Shown here: piece by piece, positions 19,885 through 29,119 of the stretch
How positions within the stretch are numbered: position 1 is the first letter of the stretch
How the letters are laid out: every line of letters starts with the position of its first letter
Assembly: GCA_965116885.1 (NCBI GenBank)
Contig: OZ220741.1
Coordinates: 2,112,001 to 2,176,000 of the forward strand
Source: Candidatus Latescibacterota bacterium
Lineage (GTDB): Bacteria > Latescibacterota > UBA2968
DNA length: 64,000 nt
Reading direction: 5' to 3'
The notes under the pieces: model-generated
What the model was told of the DNA's origin: nothing
Seen by the model: only the letters and a program-made list of their open reading frames with translations
The model's database searches: none
Translations under genes and position numbers: made by a program

Positions 19885-20053
19885 AAAAAATAAAAAAATC
19901 CTGGATGCTTTGAGTTTGACTGTTTGAGTTCTGTGCAGTATCATAAATGCCGACCGGTTTTGATTTTCCGATCGGCTCTTGCATGGCGGCAATTTGATAT
20001 GGTTTAACATACATTACAAAGCCCTGAATTTCAAGGGTTATTGTGGAGGTGAT

Positions 20054-21070
20054 ATGAAAGCGTCTGTCTATCTGGGATCCGAGCAGGTTGAATTGCGCGA
20101 TATTGCGGAACCCAAACCGGGTGATGGTGAGGTGCTCATCAAGGTGGCGCGGGCTGGTTTATGCGGCACGGATTTGCATGTTTATCAGGGGCACATGGAT
20201 CAGCGGGTGCAAATTCCTCTGGTGATGGGGCACGAGATGTGCGGTGAAATTGTCTATGTTCCTAAAGATGCCGGGTTTAAGGTGGGGGATCGCGTGGTGG
20301 TTGAACCCACGGTGGCATGTGGGGCGTGTGCGGCTTGCCGGCGGGGTCATCGGCATATTTGTCAGAATCTGAATTTTTTGGGTATTGACTCTGCGGGGGC
20401 ATTTCAGGCTTTTTGGAATGCACCACTCAATCGTCTGCATCGCGTACCCGATGCACTGGACGATGATGCCGGCGCGCTTATCGAACCGCTTGCAGTCGCT
20501 GTCCACGATGTTCGACGCGCAAAAGTGGAATTGGGCGACCGCGCGGTTGTGATTGGCGGCGGTCCGATTGGGATACTAATTGCAATGGCGGCGCGATTGG
20601 ATGGGGCCGAGGTTGTGGTTTCCGAAGTGAATCCCTTTCGTTTGGCAAAGGCGAGGGCATTGGGCTTTGAGACTGTGAATCCATTGGAAACAGATCTTCT
20701 CGCCTATACAGAAGATTGGACCGAGGGTGCGGGCGCAGACCTCGTGTTTGAGGTTAGCGGTAGTGCGCCCGGTGCAAAGGTCATGACGGAGTTGGCACGG
20801 GTTCGTGGAACTATTGTGCTGGTTGGAGTACACGCTGAACCGCCGCCTGTGGATTTACAGCGGTTTTTTTGGCGGGAATTGCATCTGGTGGGGTGTCGCG
20901 TGTACGAACCCATAGATTTTGAGCGGGCAATTCGGTTGGCGGCATCTGGCGCGGTTGATGTAAAAGCACTGATTACAGATACGCTGCCACTGGATGATGC
21001 GGCAAAAGGGTTTGAACAGATGGTGGCGGGTGGCGAGGTGATGAAGGTGCTTTTGGACTGTCAGGCGTGA
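20054..21070 (+). CDS. Zinc-dependent alcohol/sugar-acid dehydrogenase
   Basis: GLCGTD, GHE, CGACAAC...C, GGGPIG; GGAGG RBS. Confidence 0.9.
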   Translation: MKASVYLGSEQVELRDIAEPKPGDGEVLIKVARAGLCGTDLHVYQGHMDQRVQIPLVMGHEMCGEIVYVPKDAGFKVGDRVVVEPTVACGACAACRRGHRHICQNLNFLGIDSAGAFQAFWNAPLNRLHRVPDALDDDAGALIEPLAVAVHDVRRAKVELGDRAVVIGGGPIGILIAMAARLDGAEVVVSEVNPFRLAKARALGFETVNPLETDLLAYTEDWTEGAGADLVFEVSGSAPGAKVMTELARVRGTIVLVGVHAEPPPVDLQRFFWRELHLVGCRVYEPIDFERAIRLAASGAVDVKALITDTLPLDDAAKGFEQMVAGGEVMKVLLDCQA

Positions 21071-21077
21071 TAAAGCG

Positions 21078-21161
21078 CGAATAGACGAATAGACGAATGG
21101 CAATACATACTGGTTTTGGGGGATGGGTGGGGTTCGTTGATTCGTTGATTCGCTGATTCGT
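21078..21161. repeat. Intergenic inverted pair of 8-bp tandem repeats
   Basis: (cgaataga)x2 cgaatgg ... (ttcgttga)x2 ttcgctga ttcgt. Confidence 0.7.
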
Positions 21162-21174
21162 AACAGGGGTTATT

Positions 21175-21942
21175 ATGGGAATTTTAGATCGATTTGATTT
21201 GAGCGGCAAGACTGCACTGGTGACGGGGTGCCGGCGCGGTATTGGCCGCGCCTTTGCCCAGGGGCTGGCCGAGGCAGGTGCCGATATTGTAGGGGTGAGC
21301 GCATCGCTGGCATCGGGTAGTGAGGTGGAAGGAGATGTCGCGGCATTGGGCCGCAGTTTTCGCCCTTATGCATGTGATTTTTCTGATCGAGATGCTTTGT
21401 GGGCTTTTATAGAACAGGTGAAAGCAGATGTTGCTCAGATCGATATATTGGTGAATAATGCGGGCACAATTTTGCGGGAACCCGCGGCGGATCATCCGGA
21501 TGAATACTGGGATAGGGTGATTGAAGTAAATTTAAACGCGCAATTTGTTCTCGCGCGCGAGTTTGGCAAAGAGATGGTGGCGCGCGGGTATGGTAAAATT
21601 GTTTTTACAGCGTCTTTGCTGAGTTTTCAGGGGGGTATTACCGTTCCGGGTTATGCTGCGGCTAAAGGCGGTATTGCGACTTTGACGATGGCACTGTCAA
21701 ATGAGTGGGCAGGCAAGGGGGTGAATGTCAATGCTATTGCACCGGGGTATATTGCAACGGATAATACCGAAGCCCTGCGCAGTGATTCTGTCCGTTCCGA
21801 GCAAATTTTGACGCGCATTCCCCAGGGACGATGGGGGCAGCCAGATGATCTGAAAGGCGCGTGTGTGTTTTTGTGTTCAGATGCAGCCAATTATGTCAAT
21901 GGTGCGATTTTGACTGTGGATGGTGGATGGATGGGGCGGTGA
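21175..21942 (+). CDS. kduD: SDR, 2-dehydro-3-deoxy-D-gluconate 5-dehydrogenase-like
   Basis: TGCRRGIG, NNAG, ASLLSFQGGITVPGYAAAKGG, VDGGWMGR. Confidence 0.8.
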   Translation: MGILDRFDLSGKTALVTGCRRGIGRAFAQGLAEAGADIVGVSASLASGSEVEGDVAALGRSFRPYACDFSDRDALWAFIEQVKADVAQIDILVNNAGTILREPAADHPDEYWDRVIEVNLNAQFVLAREFGKEMVARGYGKIVFTASLLSFQGGITVPGYAAAKGGIATLTMALSNEWAGKGVNVNAIAPGYIATDNTEALRSDSVRSEQILTRIPQGRWGQPDDLKGACVFLCSDAANYVNGAILTVDGGWMGR

Positions 21943-21971
21943 TTAAGCAATATTTTAATCGGAGGTTTGAT

Positions 21972-22955
21972 ATGGAATACAGGCCGTTTGGAAAGACCGG
22001 AATGGATGTTTCGGCGATTGGGTTTGGGTGCTGGGAACTCGGTGGGAATTATGGTTATTTTGATGAGGGCGAAGTGATTGCGGGTATTCACAAGGCACTG
22101 GATTTGGGGATTAATTGCTTTGATACGGCCGAGGGCTATGGGAAGGGAAAATCAGAGGCTTTGCTCGCGCGCGGTCTGGGGAATCGACGCAGGGATGTGA
22201 TTGTGGTGACAAAGGTCGGTATTGGATATGCGGATTCGGGACGGGAGAAGGGCCGCGACAGTCGCAGGGAGCGGATTATGGCGTCGGTAGAGAATAGTTT
22301 GCGGTTTTTGAATACGGATTATATCGATGTCTATTTAATTCACTGGCCAGATCGGTACACACCTTTTGAAGAGCCTATGCAGGTGCTGGAAGATTTGATT
22401 CAGCAGGGGAAGGTGCGTTTTGGAGGCGTATCGAATTTCAAGGCCGAAGAGATCGATGCGTGCATGAAGACGCGGCGGGTAGATGTGGGGCAATACGGCT
22501 ATCACATGTTTGATCGGCGCATGGAGAGGGATGTTTTTCCCTATTGCGAAACGCACGGTATTGGGATGATGGGATATGGATCTCTGGCGCATGGGCTGCT
22601 CGCCGGAGCATTTGATGAGAATACGACATTTGAGACAGAAGATTGGCGCTCTAAGGGCGGGTTGTTTAATATGCCTTTGTTTACAGAGGAGAATTTTCCG
22701 CGCAATTTGAAGGTGGTGGAAGCGTTAAAACAGATGGCTGCGGATCGCGGTACAGCTATATATCATCTCGCGCTGGCGTGGGTGTTGTCCAATCCCGTTA
22801 TTAGCACTGCACTGGTTGGCGTGCGAAAACCCGAAGAGGTGGTGTCGAATATGGGGGCGTTAGAGGTGGCGTTATCCGAAGACGATAAGTGCGCTATTGA
22901 TGCGATATTTGAGAATTACGGGGTGGATACGCGCCCGGATATTTGGGTGGAATAA
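21972..22955 (+). CDS. Aldo/keto reductase
   Basis: GFGCW, FDTAEGYG, VVTK, IHWPD, GGVSNF. Confidence 0.92.
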   Translation: MEYRPFGKTGMDVSAIGFGCWELGGNYGYFDEGEVIAGIHKALDLGINCFDTAEGYGKGKSEALLARGLGNRRRDVIVVTKVGIGYADSGREKGRDSRRERIMASVENSLRFLNTDYIDVYLIHWPDRYTPFEEPMQVLEDLIQQGKVRFGGVSNFKAEEIDACMKTRRVDVGQYGYHMFDRRMERDVFPYCETHGIGMMGYGSLAHGLLAGAFDENTTFETEDWRSKGGLFNMPLFTEENFPRNLKVVEALKQMAADRGTAIYHLALAWVLSNPVISTALVGVRKPEEVVSNMGALEVALSEDDKCAIDAIFENYGVDTRPDIWVE

Positions 22956-22995
22956 GCCAAAGGGACGAAAAAAATAGGGAATGGGCAATCTATAC

Positions 22996-23025
22996 TTGAC
23001 AAATCAAAGCATGCTGGACTATAAT
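22996..23025 (+). promoter_or_regulatory. Sigma70-type promoter of HU-like gene
   Basis: TTGACA-18 nt-TATAAT, perfect consensus hexamers. Confidence 0.75.
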
Positions 23026-23102
23026 TAGGGTATAGCCTTTGACCTATCTGCCTGGGGGCATTAGGTTTGAGATTATAACCATTTTCACAAAGGGAGAGAA
23101 TT

Positions 23103-23420
23103 ATGTCGCAAGCTGTAACAAAACGATGGAGTAAAGCCCAGATTGTAAGCGCGATCGCAGAAAGCACTGGTCTGAGCAAAAAGGATGTGGGTAGCGTTCT
23201 CGATGGGTTGGACAGTGCCATTGAAAGCCATGTCACAGCAGGTTCTGTCGGCGAATTTGTGTTGCCTGGTCTGCTCAAAATCAAAAGGGTCGAAAAACCG
23301 GCCCGCGCAGAACGAGAGGGCGTCAATCCATTCACTGGCGAAAAAATAACAATTGCAGCCAAACCCGCTTCGCAGGGTATAAGAATTTCAGCTCTTAAAA
23401 AACTGAAAGACATGGTTTAG
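23103..23420 (+). CDS. HU/IHF-family DNA-binding protein
   Basis: IAESTGLSKKDV, GVNPFTGEKITIAAKP. Confidence 0.92.
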   Translation: MSQAVTKRWSKAQIVSAIAESTGLSKKDVGSVLDGLDSAIESHVTAGSVGEFVLPGLLKIKRVEKPARAEREGVNPFTGEKITIAAKPASQGIRISALKKLKDMV

Positions 23421-23448
23421 CAATTGCCGCATTGTAGGGAACTATCGT

Positions 23449-23479
23449 AAAGCCCAGCCTTTTAAGGTTGGGCTTTTTT
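23449..23479 (+). terminator. Rho-independent terminator
   Basis: aaagcccagcctt/aaggttgggcttt with T run. Confidence 0.8.
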
Positions 23480-23589
23480 ATTTTTATAATCACTTTGGGT
23501 ATATTTTGTGGGACTGGACAAAAGACCGCGAAATGATTACTTTCAAAGTTGAAACTAAAAAGCGATAATCCAATCGCCAAGGAGGCAAA

Positions 23590-24528
23590 ATGCGGCGGTA
23601 TATTATGGGAGTATGCTTGATCGTATTTGGGGTGTTATCTTGCATGGTCGATACAACTGAGGCCATTGAGGTCGTTCTCAAATCGGGTCGCGTTGTGCGA
23701 GGCGATTTGATTCGAGAGACTGCAACTTCTATTACGCTTCAGCTATCTTCCAGCCGGATCGAGATTTCCAAGTTGAGTATCAAGACGATTGATGGACGTT
23801 CTCCGTTTGAACAGCGCAGATCTCGCGCGGCAGTATCTTCCGATAGTACAGGTCAAATGGAGGTGCAAATTCCCGCAGGCCATTTTCTCATGGGAGATAC
23901 CCGAGATAAAAACGCACCTGTACACAAGGTTTATCTCGATTCCTACTGGGTTGATACACGCGAAGTCACCAATGCTCAGTACCGCGAATTTGTGACGAGC
24001 ACAGGGCATGCGGCTCCCCGGTATTGGGGCGAGGCCAAATACAATAATCCCGACCAACCCGTTGTGGGTGTTTCGTGGGATGACGCCAATGCCTATTGTT
24101 CCTGGAAGGGCAAACGACTGCCGACTGAAGCGGAGTGGGAACGCGCAGCACGGGGGGCACAAAGCCGTCTTTATCCCTGGGGGGACCGTTTTGATGTCAC
24201 GCGAACAAATACTCGGGAGACTCGAAACCGGCGCCCATTGCCTGTGGGGACCTTTCCCGAAGGTGCTACCAGTGAAGGGTTACTCGATATGTCGGGCAAT
24301 GTGTGGGAGTGGTGTTGGGATTGGTTTGATGAAGGATATTACCGCGTATCTCCCCTCAATAATCCCGCGGGTCCGGAGGCTGGGAAAAAGCGCGTCATAA
24401 GGGGCGGGGGCTGGAGTGCTCCGCACATCCACATGGCCCGACGGCGCGGTGAAAAGCCCGATAAAACCTATCCTTCTCTGGGTTTTCGATGCGCCAGATC
24501 GGATACTGAGGCACAGGCGAAACAGTGA
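23590..24528 (+). CDS. Secreted FGE-sulfatase (SUMF1)-fold protein
   Basis: EVTNAQY, PVVGVSW, RLPTEAEWE, DMSGNVWEW, RGGGW...GFRCA; the catalytic Cys pair of true FGE is absent. Confidence 0.88.
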   Translation: MRRYIMGVCLIVFGVLSCMVDTTEAIEVVLKSGRVVRGDLIRETATSITLQLSSSRIEISKLSIKTIDGRSPFEQRRSRAAVSSDSTGQMEVQIPAGHFLMGDTRDKNAPVHKVYLDSYWVDTREVTNAQYREFVTSTGHAAPRYWGEAKYNNPDQPVVGVSWDDANAYCSWKGKRLPTEAEWERAARGAQSRLYPWGDRFDVTRTNTRETRNRRPLPVGTFPEGATSEGLLDMSGNVWEWCWDWFDEGYYRVSPLNNPAGPEAGKKRVIRGGGWSAPHIHMARRRGEKPDKTYPSLGFRCARSDTEAQAKQ

Positions 24529-24536
24529 ATGAAAAT

Positions 24537-24565
24537 AAAAAAGCCGCTGATTTAGCGGCTTTTTT
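24537..24565. terminator. Bidirectional terminator between convergent genes
   Basis: aaaaaagccgct...agcggctttttt. Confidence 0.85.
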
Positions 24566-24585
24566 CGTGATCATTTGCAAAACCA

Positions 24586-25005
24586 TTACAGGTCGAGGTC
24601 GTCCAGGCCCTCCAGTTCATCCAATACCTCGTCTTCGCCTACTATGGTATTCGACTCTCGAATCACTACCAGAATAGAAGCCTGGGGGACAATGAGATAT
24701 TTTTCTCCTTCAAAAGAGATCTCCATCGCGGCTTTTTGTAAAAATAAGGCAAAATCTCCTTCCTCAACTTGCAGGGGCAAATATCGCGTTTCTTTTGGCG
24801 TATTGCGCCAGGGTTCATCGTCTTCGGGCGTTTCTGGCAGTGGGAGACCAGGCCCTGTGGCCATAATGCGACCACTCTGTACTTCCTCTTTTTCGACCAC
24901 GGTTTGAGGCAAATAAAGCCCCACTTTGGTTCGTTCTTCCAAATCTTCCCGCTTGACCAAAACGCGGTCGCCAATAACGACGAGTTCTTTGTTTCCTATT
25001 TGCAT
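24586..25005 (-). CDS. GroES/Cpn10-family co-chaperonin-like protein
   Basis: GDRVLVK, RTKVGLYLP, GPG, PLQVEEGD; acidic tail; no groEL in the window. Confidence 0.85.
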   Translation of the reverse strand: MQIGNKELVVIGDRVLVKREDLEERTKVGLYLPQTVVEKEEVQSGRIMATGPGLPLPETPEDDEPWRNTPKETRYLPLQVEEGDFALFLQKAAMEISFEGEKYLIVPQASILVVIRESNTIVGEDEVLDELEGLDDLDL

Positions 25006-25120
25006 TGCATTTTCTCGCTTAATGAGTTCCGCATATATCCAAACAATTGTGTGTCAAACTTAAAAAATTGTATCGCAGGTGTCAACTATTTAGAGAAAGA
25101 ACAAATTCAATAATAAAATC

Positions 25121-25149
25121 TTGACAAATGGATGGATAAGGCATATTAT
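25121..25149 (+). promoter_or_regulatory. Sigma70-type promoter upstream of structured leader/holB
   Basis: TTGACA-17 nt-TATTAT. Confidence 0.75.
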
Positions 25150-25155
25150 TTTTCA

Positions 25156-25355
25156 CCGCGTATGTGATATACTTTTGATTGTGGAGCCGTTCCATGTTGT
25201 TTTTTGTGCCAACAATGCCAATGCCAATGCCCGTCACTGTACGGGCTGCACATGTTGTACATTCCCATTGTGAGCAGGAGCATGGATAGCGGATCATTTT
25301 AGTCGTTTGCATTATGAAACAAAGCCGTTGGAATGTTCCGTTCCAGCGGCTTTTT
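25156..25355 (+). promoter_or_regulatory. Structured 5' leader or ncRNA containing a 31-aa ORF (25194-25289) and ending in an intrinsic terminator
   Basis: GGAG-7 nt-ATG; MLFFVPTMPMPMPVTVRAAHVVHSHCEQEHG; long-range pairs tccatg/catgga, acaatg/cattgt, gattg/tagtc; terminator agccgttggaa/ttccagcggct-tttt. Confidence 0.55.
25321..25355 (+). terminator. Intrinsic terminator 15 nt upstream of holB start
   Basis: 11-bp stem agccgttggaa/ttccagcggct followed by T run. Confidence 0.8.
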
Positions 25356-25370
25356 ATGTGAGAGGCGATA

Positions 25371-26414
25371 TTGAAACGGGTGATTGGACAGGAGCGCGCA
25401 GTTCGGTTTTTGACCGAATTGATTGAAAGAGATCGAGTCCCGCACGCGCTGTTGTTTTTGGGCACTTCTGGCACGGGTGCAGTGGCGGCGGCATTGGATT
25501 TTGTGCAGGCGTTGCATTGCCGAGCAGATGGTGCTGTGGCCTGTGGGCATTGTGCCGAATGTCACAAGGCGACAAATCTCAATCATCCGGATAGTACGCT
25601 GCTCTTTCCTTTTTCTCGGGGCGTGAAAGAGGAAGTTAGGCAGGCCGCACTGCTGCAGGTGTGGCAATCGCCTTATCACTATCCATTGCCCGACAAGAAT
25701 GTGGGGATTCTCATTGATGACGTTCGGGAGATGCAGCGGCAGTTTACGCACAGTGCTTTTGCGGGGGGCTGGCGCACGACTCTTATTTTACATGCGGATC
25801 AAATGCGCGCAGAGGCGGCTAACGCCATGTTGAAAACTCTGGAAGAACCGCCTGTTCGGTCGCTGATGATCTTGGTTGCAGCCCAGGGCGATGCGTTGTT
25901 GCCCACCATTGTGTCGCGGTGTCAGTTTGTGAAATTTCCCGCGCTTTCGCCTCAGGATATCAGTGCCAGCTTGGCGGCAAGGGGCGTTGATAAAACAATG
26001 GCAGATTTTATTGGACGCACGTGTGGCGGCGACTTACGCAGGGCATTGGATATGACCGATGGTCATATCGCAGATAGGCAAAATCGATCTTTTAAGTTTT
26101 TGGAAGCCTTGCTGTGGGAGCAGGAGGAGCGCACGTTTGAAGCACTTGTAAAACTCGACCGACAAGAGGCATTGGATATTTTGGCAGGTGCTGAAATTTG
26201 GCTCAGGGATGCGCTGTTGCTGCAATGTGGTCGGGGCGATAATATAGCCAATGCCGATCAGGAGGACAATGTCGGGCGATTGGCTGAGGTTTTTGATCTG
26301 GACCAACTCGCCGCAATTGCAAAAAAAATTGAATCACTGCGGGAGATGAATCACCGCAATGTAAATATGAATCTGGGCTTGATCTCGCTCTGGCGGCAGA
26401 TGAAGTCTTTTTGA
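25371..26414 (+). CDS. holB: DNA polymerase III delta' subunit
   Basis: PHALLF, C...ACGHCAEC, NHPD, AANAMLKTLEEP, LPTIVSRCQ; TTG start. Confidence 0.9.
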   Translation: MKRVIGQERAVRFLTELIERDRVPHALLFLGTSGTGAVAAALDFVQALHCRADGAVACGHCAECHKATNLNHPDSTLLFPFSRGVKEEVRQAALLQVWQSPYHYPLPDKNVGILIDDVREMQRQFTHSAFAGGWRTTLILHADQMRAEAANAMLKTLEEPPVRSLMILVAAQGDALLPTIVSRCQFVKFPALSPQDISASLAARGVDKTMADFIGRTCGGDLRRALDMTDGHIADRQNRSFKFLEALLWEQEERTFEALVKLDRQEALDILAGAEIWLRDALLLQCGRGDNIANADQEDNVGRLAEVFDLDQLAAIAKKIESLREMNHRNVNMNLGLISLWRQMKSF

Positions 26415-26428
26415 GTGGGTGTAGAAAA

Positions 26429-28315
26429 ATGGGCACATTTTATATTACAACACCGATTTATTACGTCAATGATGAACCCCATATTGGGCATGCGTACACG
26501 ACGATTATGGCCGATGTGCTGTCGCGTTTTCACCGCCTGGCTGGCGATGATGTGTTGTTTTTGACCGGTACGGATGAGCACGGGCAGAAAGTGGATGAGG
26601 CTGCGAAAAAACGCAATCTGTCGCCGCAGGCACATGCGGATGAAATGGTGGTGCGATTTCAGGCGTTGTGGAAGGCTTTAGATATTTCTAACGATGATTT
26701 TATTCGCACAACCGAAGCGCGACACAAGCGCGTTGTATCGGAGATTTTGCAACGCATTTACGATGCGGGCGAGATTTATGCCGATAATTACGAGGGCTGG
26801 TATTGTGTCCCGGACGAGCGGTTTTGGACGGAGAAGGATCTGGTTGATGGGAATTGTCCGGATTGCGGGCGGCCTACGGAGAAGATTTCGGAGAAGAATT
26901 ACTTTTTCAGGATGAGCAAATACCAGGACTGGCTTATTGAATATATCGAGACACATCCCGATTTTATTCGACCGGAAAAGCGGCGCAACGAGATCCTCGG
27001 TTTTTTGCGCCAGCCGCTGGGCGATCTGTGTATTTCTCGTCCCAGAGCGCGCTTGGAATGGGGGATTCCGCTGCCTTTTGATGACGATTATGTTTGTTAT
27101 GTGTGGTTCGATGCCCTGATCAATTATATCACGGCACCGGGTTATATTGCCGATGACGCGCGTTTTGAGCACTGGTGGCAGGCGTCTTGCCATCTGATTG
27201 GCAAGGATATTTTGACCACGCATTGCGTGTATTGGCCCACGATGCTCAAGGCGATAGGTGTGCCGTTGCCCAAAACGGTTATGGGGCATGGTTTTTGGCT
27301 CGTGGATGAGACAAAGATGGGGAAGTCGCTGGGCAATGCGATTCGGCCTCTGGATCTGGCTGATAAATACGGGGTGGATGCGTTTCGGTATTTTCTGGTG
27401 CGCGATATGACGCTGGGGCAAGATAGCGATTTTAGCGAAGAGGCTTTTGTCCAGCGTTATAATACCGAGTTGGCGAATGAGTTGGGCAATTTGCTGAATC
27501 GCTCGGTGGTGATGGCTGCGCGGTATTTGGATGGGGTTGTGCCTGCTGTGGATGTCAACCATGCGGCGCTCAACGCTTTGAAAGCACAGACGGATGAGAC
27601 GCTCAATGCGGTGGGCGACGCCATTGATGCGATGAATCCCAATGCGGTGCTGGATGCGGTTTGGCGATTGGTGCGGGAGGCCAATCGGTTTGTCGAGGTG
27701 CAGGCGCCGTGGCATTTGGTGAAGGATGCTGGCAAGAGGGATGAGCTTGAGGTGACGATTTACGCGTTGCTGGAGACGATGCGGCAATTGGCCGTGTTGC
27801 TGTTTCCGGTGATTCCGTCAAAGGCGTGTGAGATTTGGCAGCAACTCGGCGCAAAGGGTTCGCCGGAAGATGTTCATTTGGATGATTTAAAAACATGGGG
27901 CGGTCTGGACGCCAATTTGAAGGTTGCACCTGGCGATCCGGTGTTCCCGCGTATAGAGGAGGTCAATGTGGCAGAAGAAAGACCAGAAGAAGATTTGATT
28001 TCTTTTTCAGAATTTCAGAAGCTCAAGTTGCGCGTGGCAAAAATTGACGCGGCCGAGCGCGTGAAGGGGGCGGATCGCCTGTTGCAGTTGCAGATCAGTT
28101 TGGGCGATGAGCAACGCCAGATCGTCGCCGGGATTGCCGAGTTTTATGAGCCGGATGATCTCGTTGGGCAGCAGATTGTGGTGGTTGCCAATCTGGAACC
28201 TGCGACTATTCGCGGTGTCGAGTCCCAGGGGATGCTGCTGGTCGCATCCGACGATAACGGCCTCACACTCGTAACGCCAGATGGTGAGATTAGTGATGGG
28301 GCAGAGGTTAGTTGA
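26429..28315 (+). CDS. metG: Methionine--tRNA ligase with C-terminal tRNA-binding domain
   Basis: YITTPIYYVN, HIGH, YVWFDAL, KMGKS; C-terminal Trbp111-like domain. Confidence 0.97.
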   Translation: MGTFYITTPIYYVNDEPHIGHAYTTIMADVLSRFHRLAGDDVLFLTGTDEHGQKVDEAAKKRNLSPQAHADEMVVRFQALWKALDISNDDFIRTTEARHKRVVSEILQRIYDAGEIYADNYEGWYCVPDERFWTEKDLVDGNCPDCGRPTEKISEKNYFFRMSKYQDWLIEYIETHPDFIRPEKRRNEILGFLRQPLGDLCISRPRARLEWGIPLPFDDDYVCYVWFDALINYITAPGYIADDARFEHWWQASCHLIGKDILTTHCVYWPTMLKAIGVPLPKTVMGHGFWLVDETKMGKSLGNAIRPLDLADKYGVDAFRYFLVRDMTLGQDSDFSEEAFVQRYNTELANELGNLLNRSVVMAARYLDGVVPAVDVNHAALNALKAQTDETLNAVGDAIDAMNPNAVLDAVWRLVREANRFVEVQAPWHLVKDAGKRDELEVTIYALLETMRQLAVLLFPVIPSKACEIWQQLGAKGSPEDVHLDDLKTWGGLDANLKVAPGDPVFPRIEEVNVAEERPEEDLISFSEFQKLKLRVAKIDAAERVKGADRLLQLQISLGDEQRQIVAGIAEFYEPDDLVGQQIVVVANLEPATIRGVESQGMLLVASDDNGLTLVTPDGEISDGAEVS

Positions 28316-28349
28316 GAAAGGTGAGACGAGAGCAGTGAGATGTGAGAGC

Positions 28350-28376
28350 GTAGGGGCGGTGCCCCTGTGCCCGCCC
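28350..28376 (+). repeat. REP-like palindrome (GTAG family)
   Basis: GTAG-gggcggtgcccctgtgcccgccc; related copies at 51553 and 63946. Confidence 0.65.
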
Positions 28377-28386
28377 GTTAAAGTAA

Positions 28387-28557
28387 GATACTTGCCTGAA
28401 GCGCAATCCGGCGTCTGCTCGTGTTCTGGAGAAGAATGGGTTTCAAGAGATGGATGGGTTTCTATACAACAGTTCCAAGTTCGAGAACGAACCCGCACGG
28501 CGATTCCAACTGACCCGAGAGGCATGGGTAGCGGCGCAGGCTGAAGAGTCCAGCTAA
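28387..28557 (+). pseudogene. C-terminal fragment of a RimJ/RimL-type GNAT acetyltransferase
   Basis: Start-less frame DTCLKRNPASARVLEKNGFQEMDG...AEESS*; NxASxRVLEKxGF is a typical GNAT motif. Confidence 0.7.
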
Positions 28558-28604
28558 CGCGATTTTCGTACTGCTACGATATAAAAATATAGGAGGATTG
28601 GAAG

Positions 28605-28817
28605 ATGAATCAAACTTTTACTGCTCTTATCCAACAACGTGAGGACTGGTGGATTGGATGGATTGAAGAAATCCCCGGTGTGAACTGTCAAGAGCGAACC
28701 AGAGAGGAATTGCTTGATTCTCTGAGAATTACACTTCGGGAAGCCCTAGAATTTAATCGCGAGGAATCAATAAATATAGCTGAAAGCGGATACCAAGAAG
28801 TAGCAATCCAAATATGA
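28605..28817 (+). CDS. hicB: HicB-family antitoxin (short form)
   Basis: WWIGWIEEIPGVNCQERTREELL; GGAGG RBS. Confidence 0.88.
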   Translation: MNQTFTALIQQREDWWIGWIEEIPGVNCQERTREELLDSLRITLREALEFNREESINIAESGYQEVAIQI

Positions 28818-29005
28818 AACGAAGAGAATTGCTCAGACATCTCAGAAGACACGGTTGTAATTTAATCCGTGAAGGTCGTAAACATTCCTGGTGGGGTAAT
28901 GTCGTGCTAAATACCAGAAGTGCAGTGCCCAGGCATACAGAAATCGATGATCGGCTTGCCAAAAAAATCTGTAAGGATCTGGGAATACCAAATCAAAGAT
29001 CCTAA
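28814..29005 (+). CDS. hicA: HicA-family toxin
   Basis: MKRRELLRHL, REGRKH, VPRHTEI, KKICKDLGI; ATGA overlap with hicB. Confidence 0.9.
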   Translation: MKRRELLRHLRRHGCNLIREGRKHSWWGNVVLNTRSAVPRHTEIDDRLAKKICKDLGIPNQRS

Positions 29006-29034
29006 TAAGTCGCTCTTGATCTCCGTCGTTAGCT
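28999..29034 (+). mobile_element. Degenerate, internally deleted integron attC-like site
   Basis: cctaataagtcgctc (R''/L''-like, overlapping the hicA stop) joined to ttgatctccgtcGTTAGCT (L'/R'-like). Confidence 0.4.
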
Positions 29035-29119
29035 CACATGAAATCGAAAAGAAGATACATAATCATTTGCGTGCTATTGGTCACGGCGGCCCCAAACGTA
29101 AAGAATGGTTCCAGACAAA

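Noticed and set aside
19990..20030. dif-like site (gtatgttaaac on the minus strand resembles the XerD arm)
   Set aside because: No XerC-like arm at the 6-bp spacing and no visible skew switch
23590..24528. FGE/CLec-fold protein as a diversity-generating retroelement target
   Set aside because: No reverse transcriptase and no template repeat matching its 3' end were seen in the window
25156..25355. T-box, SAM riboswitch or SRP RNA
   Set aside because: No T-box GGTGGNACC motif, SAM-I core or SRP GGAAG/AGCAG loop motifs found; kept as an unassigned leader
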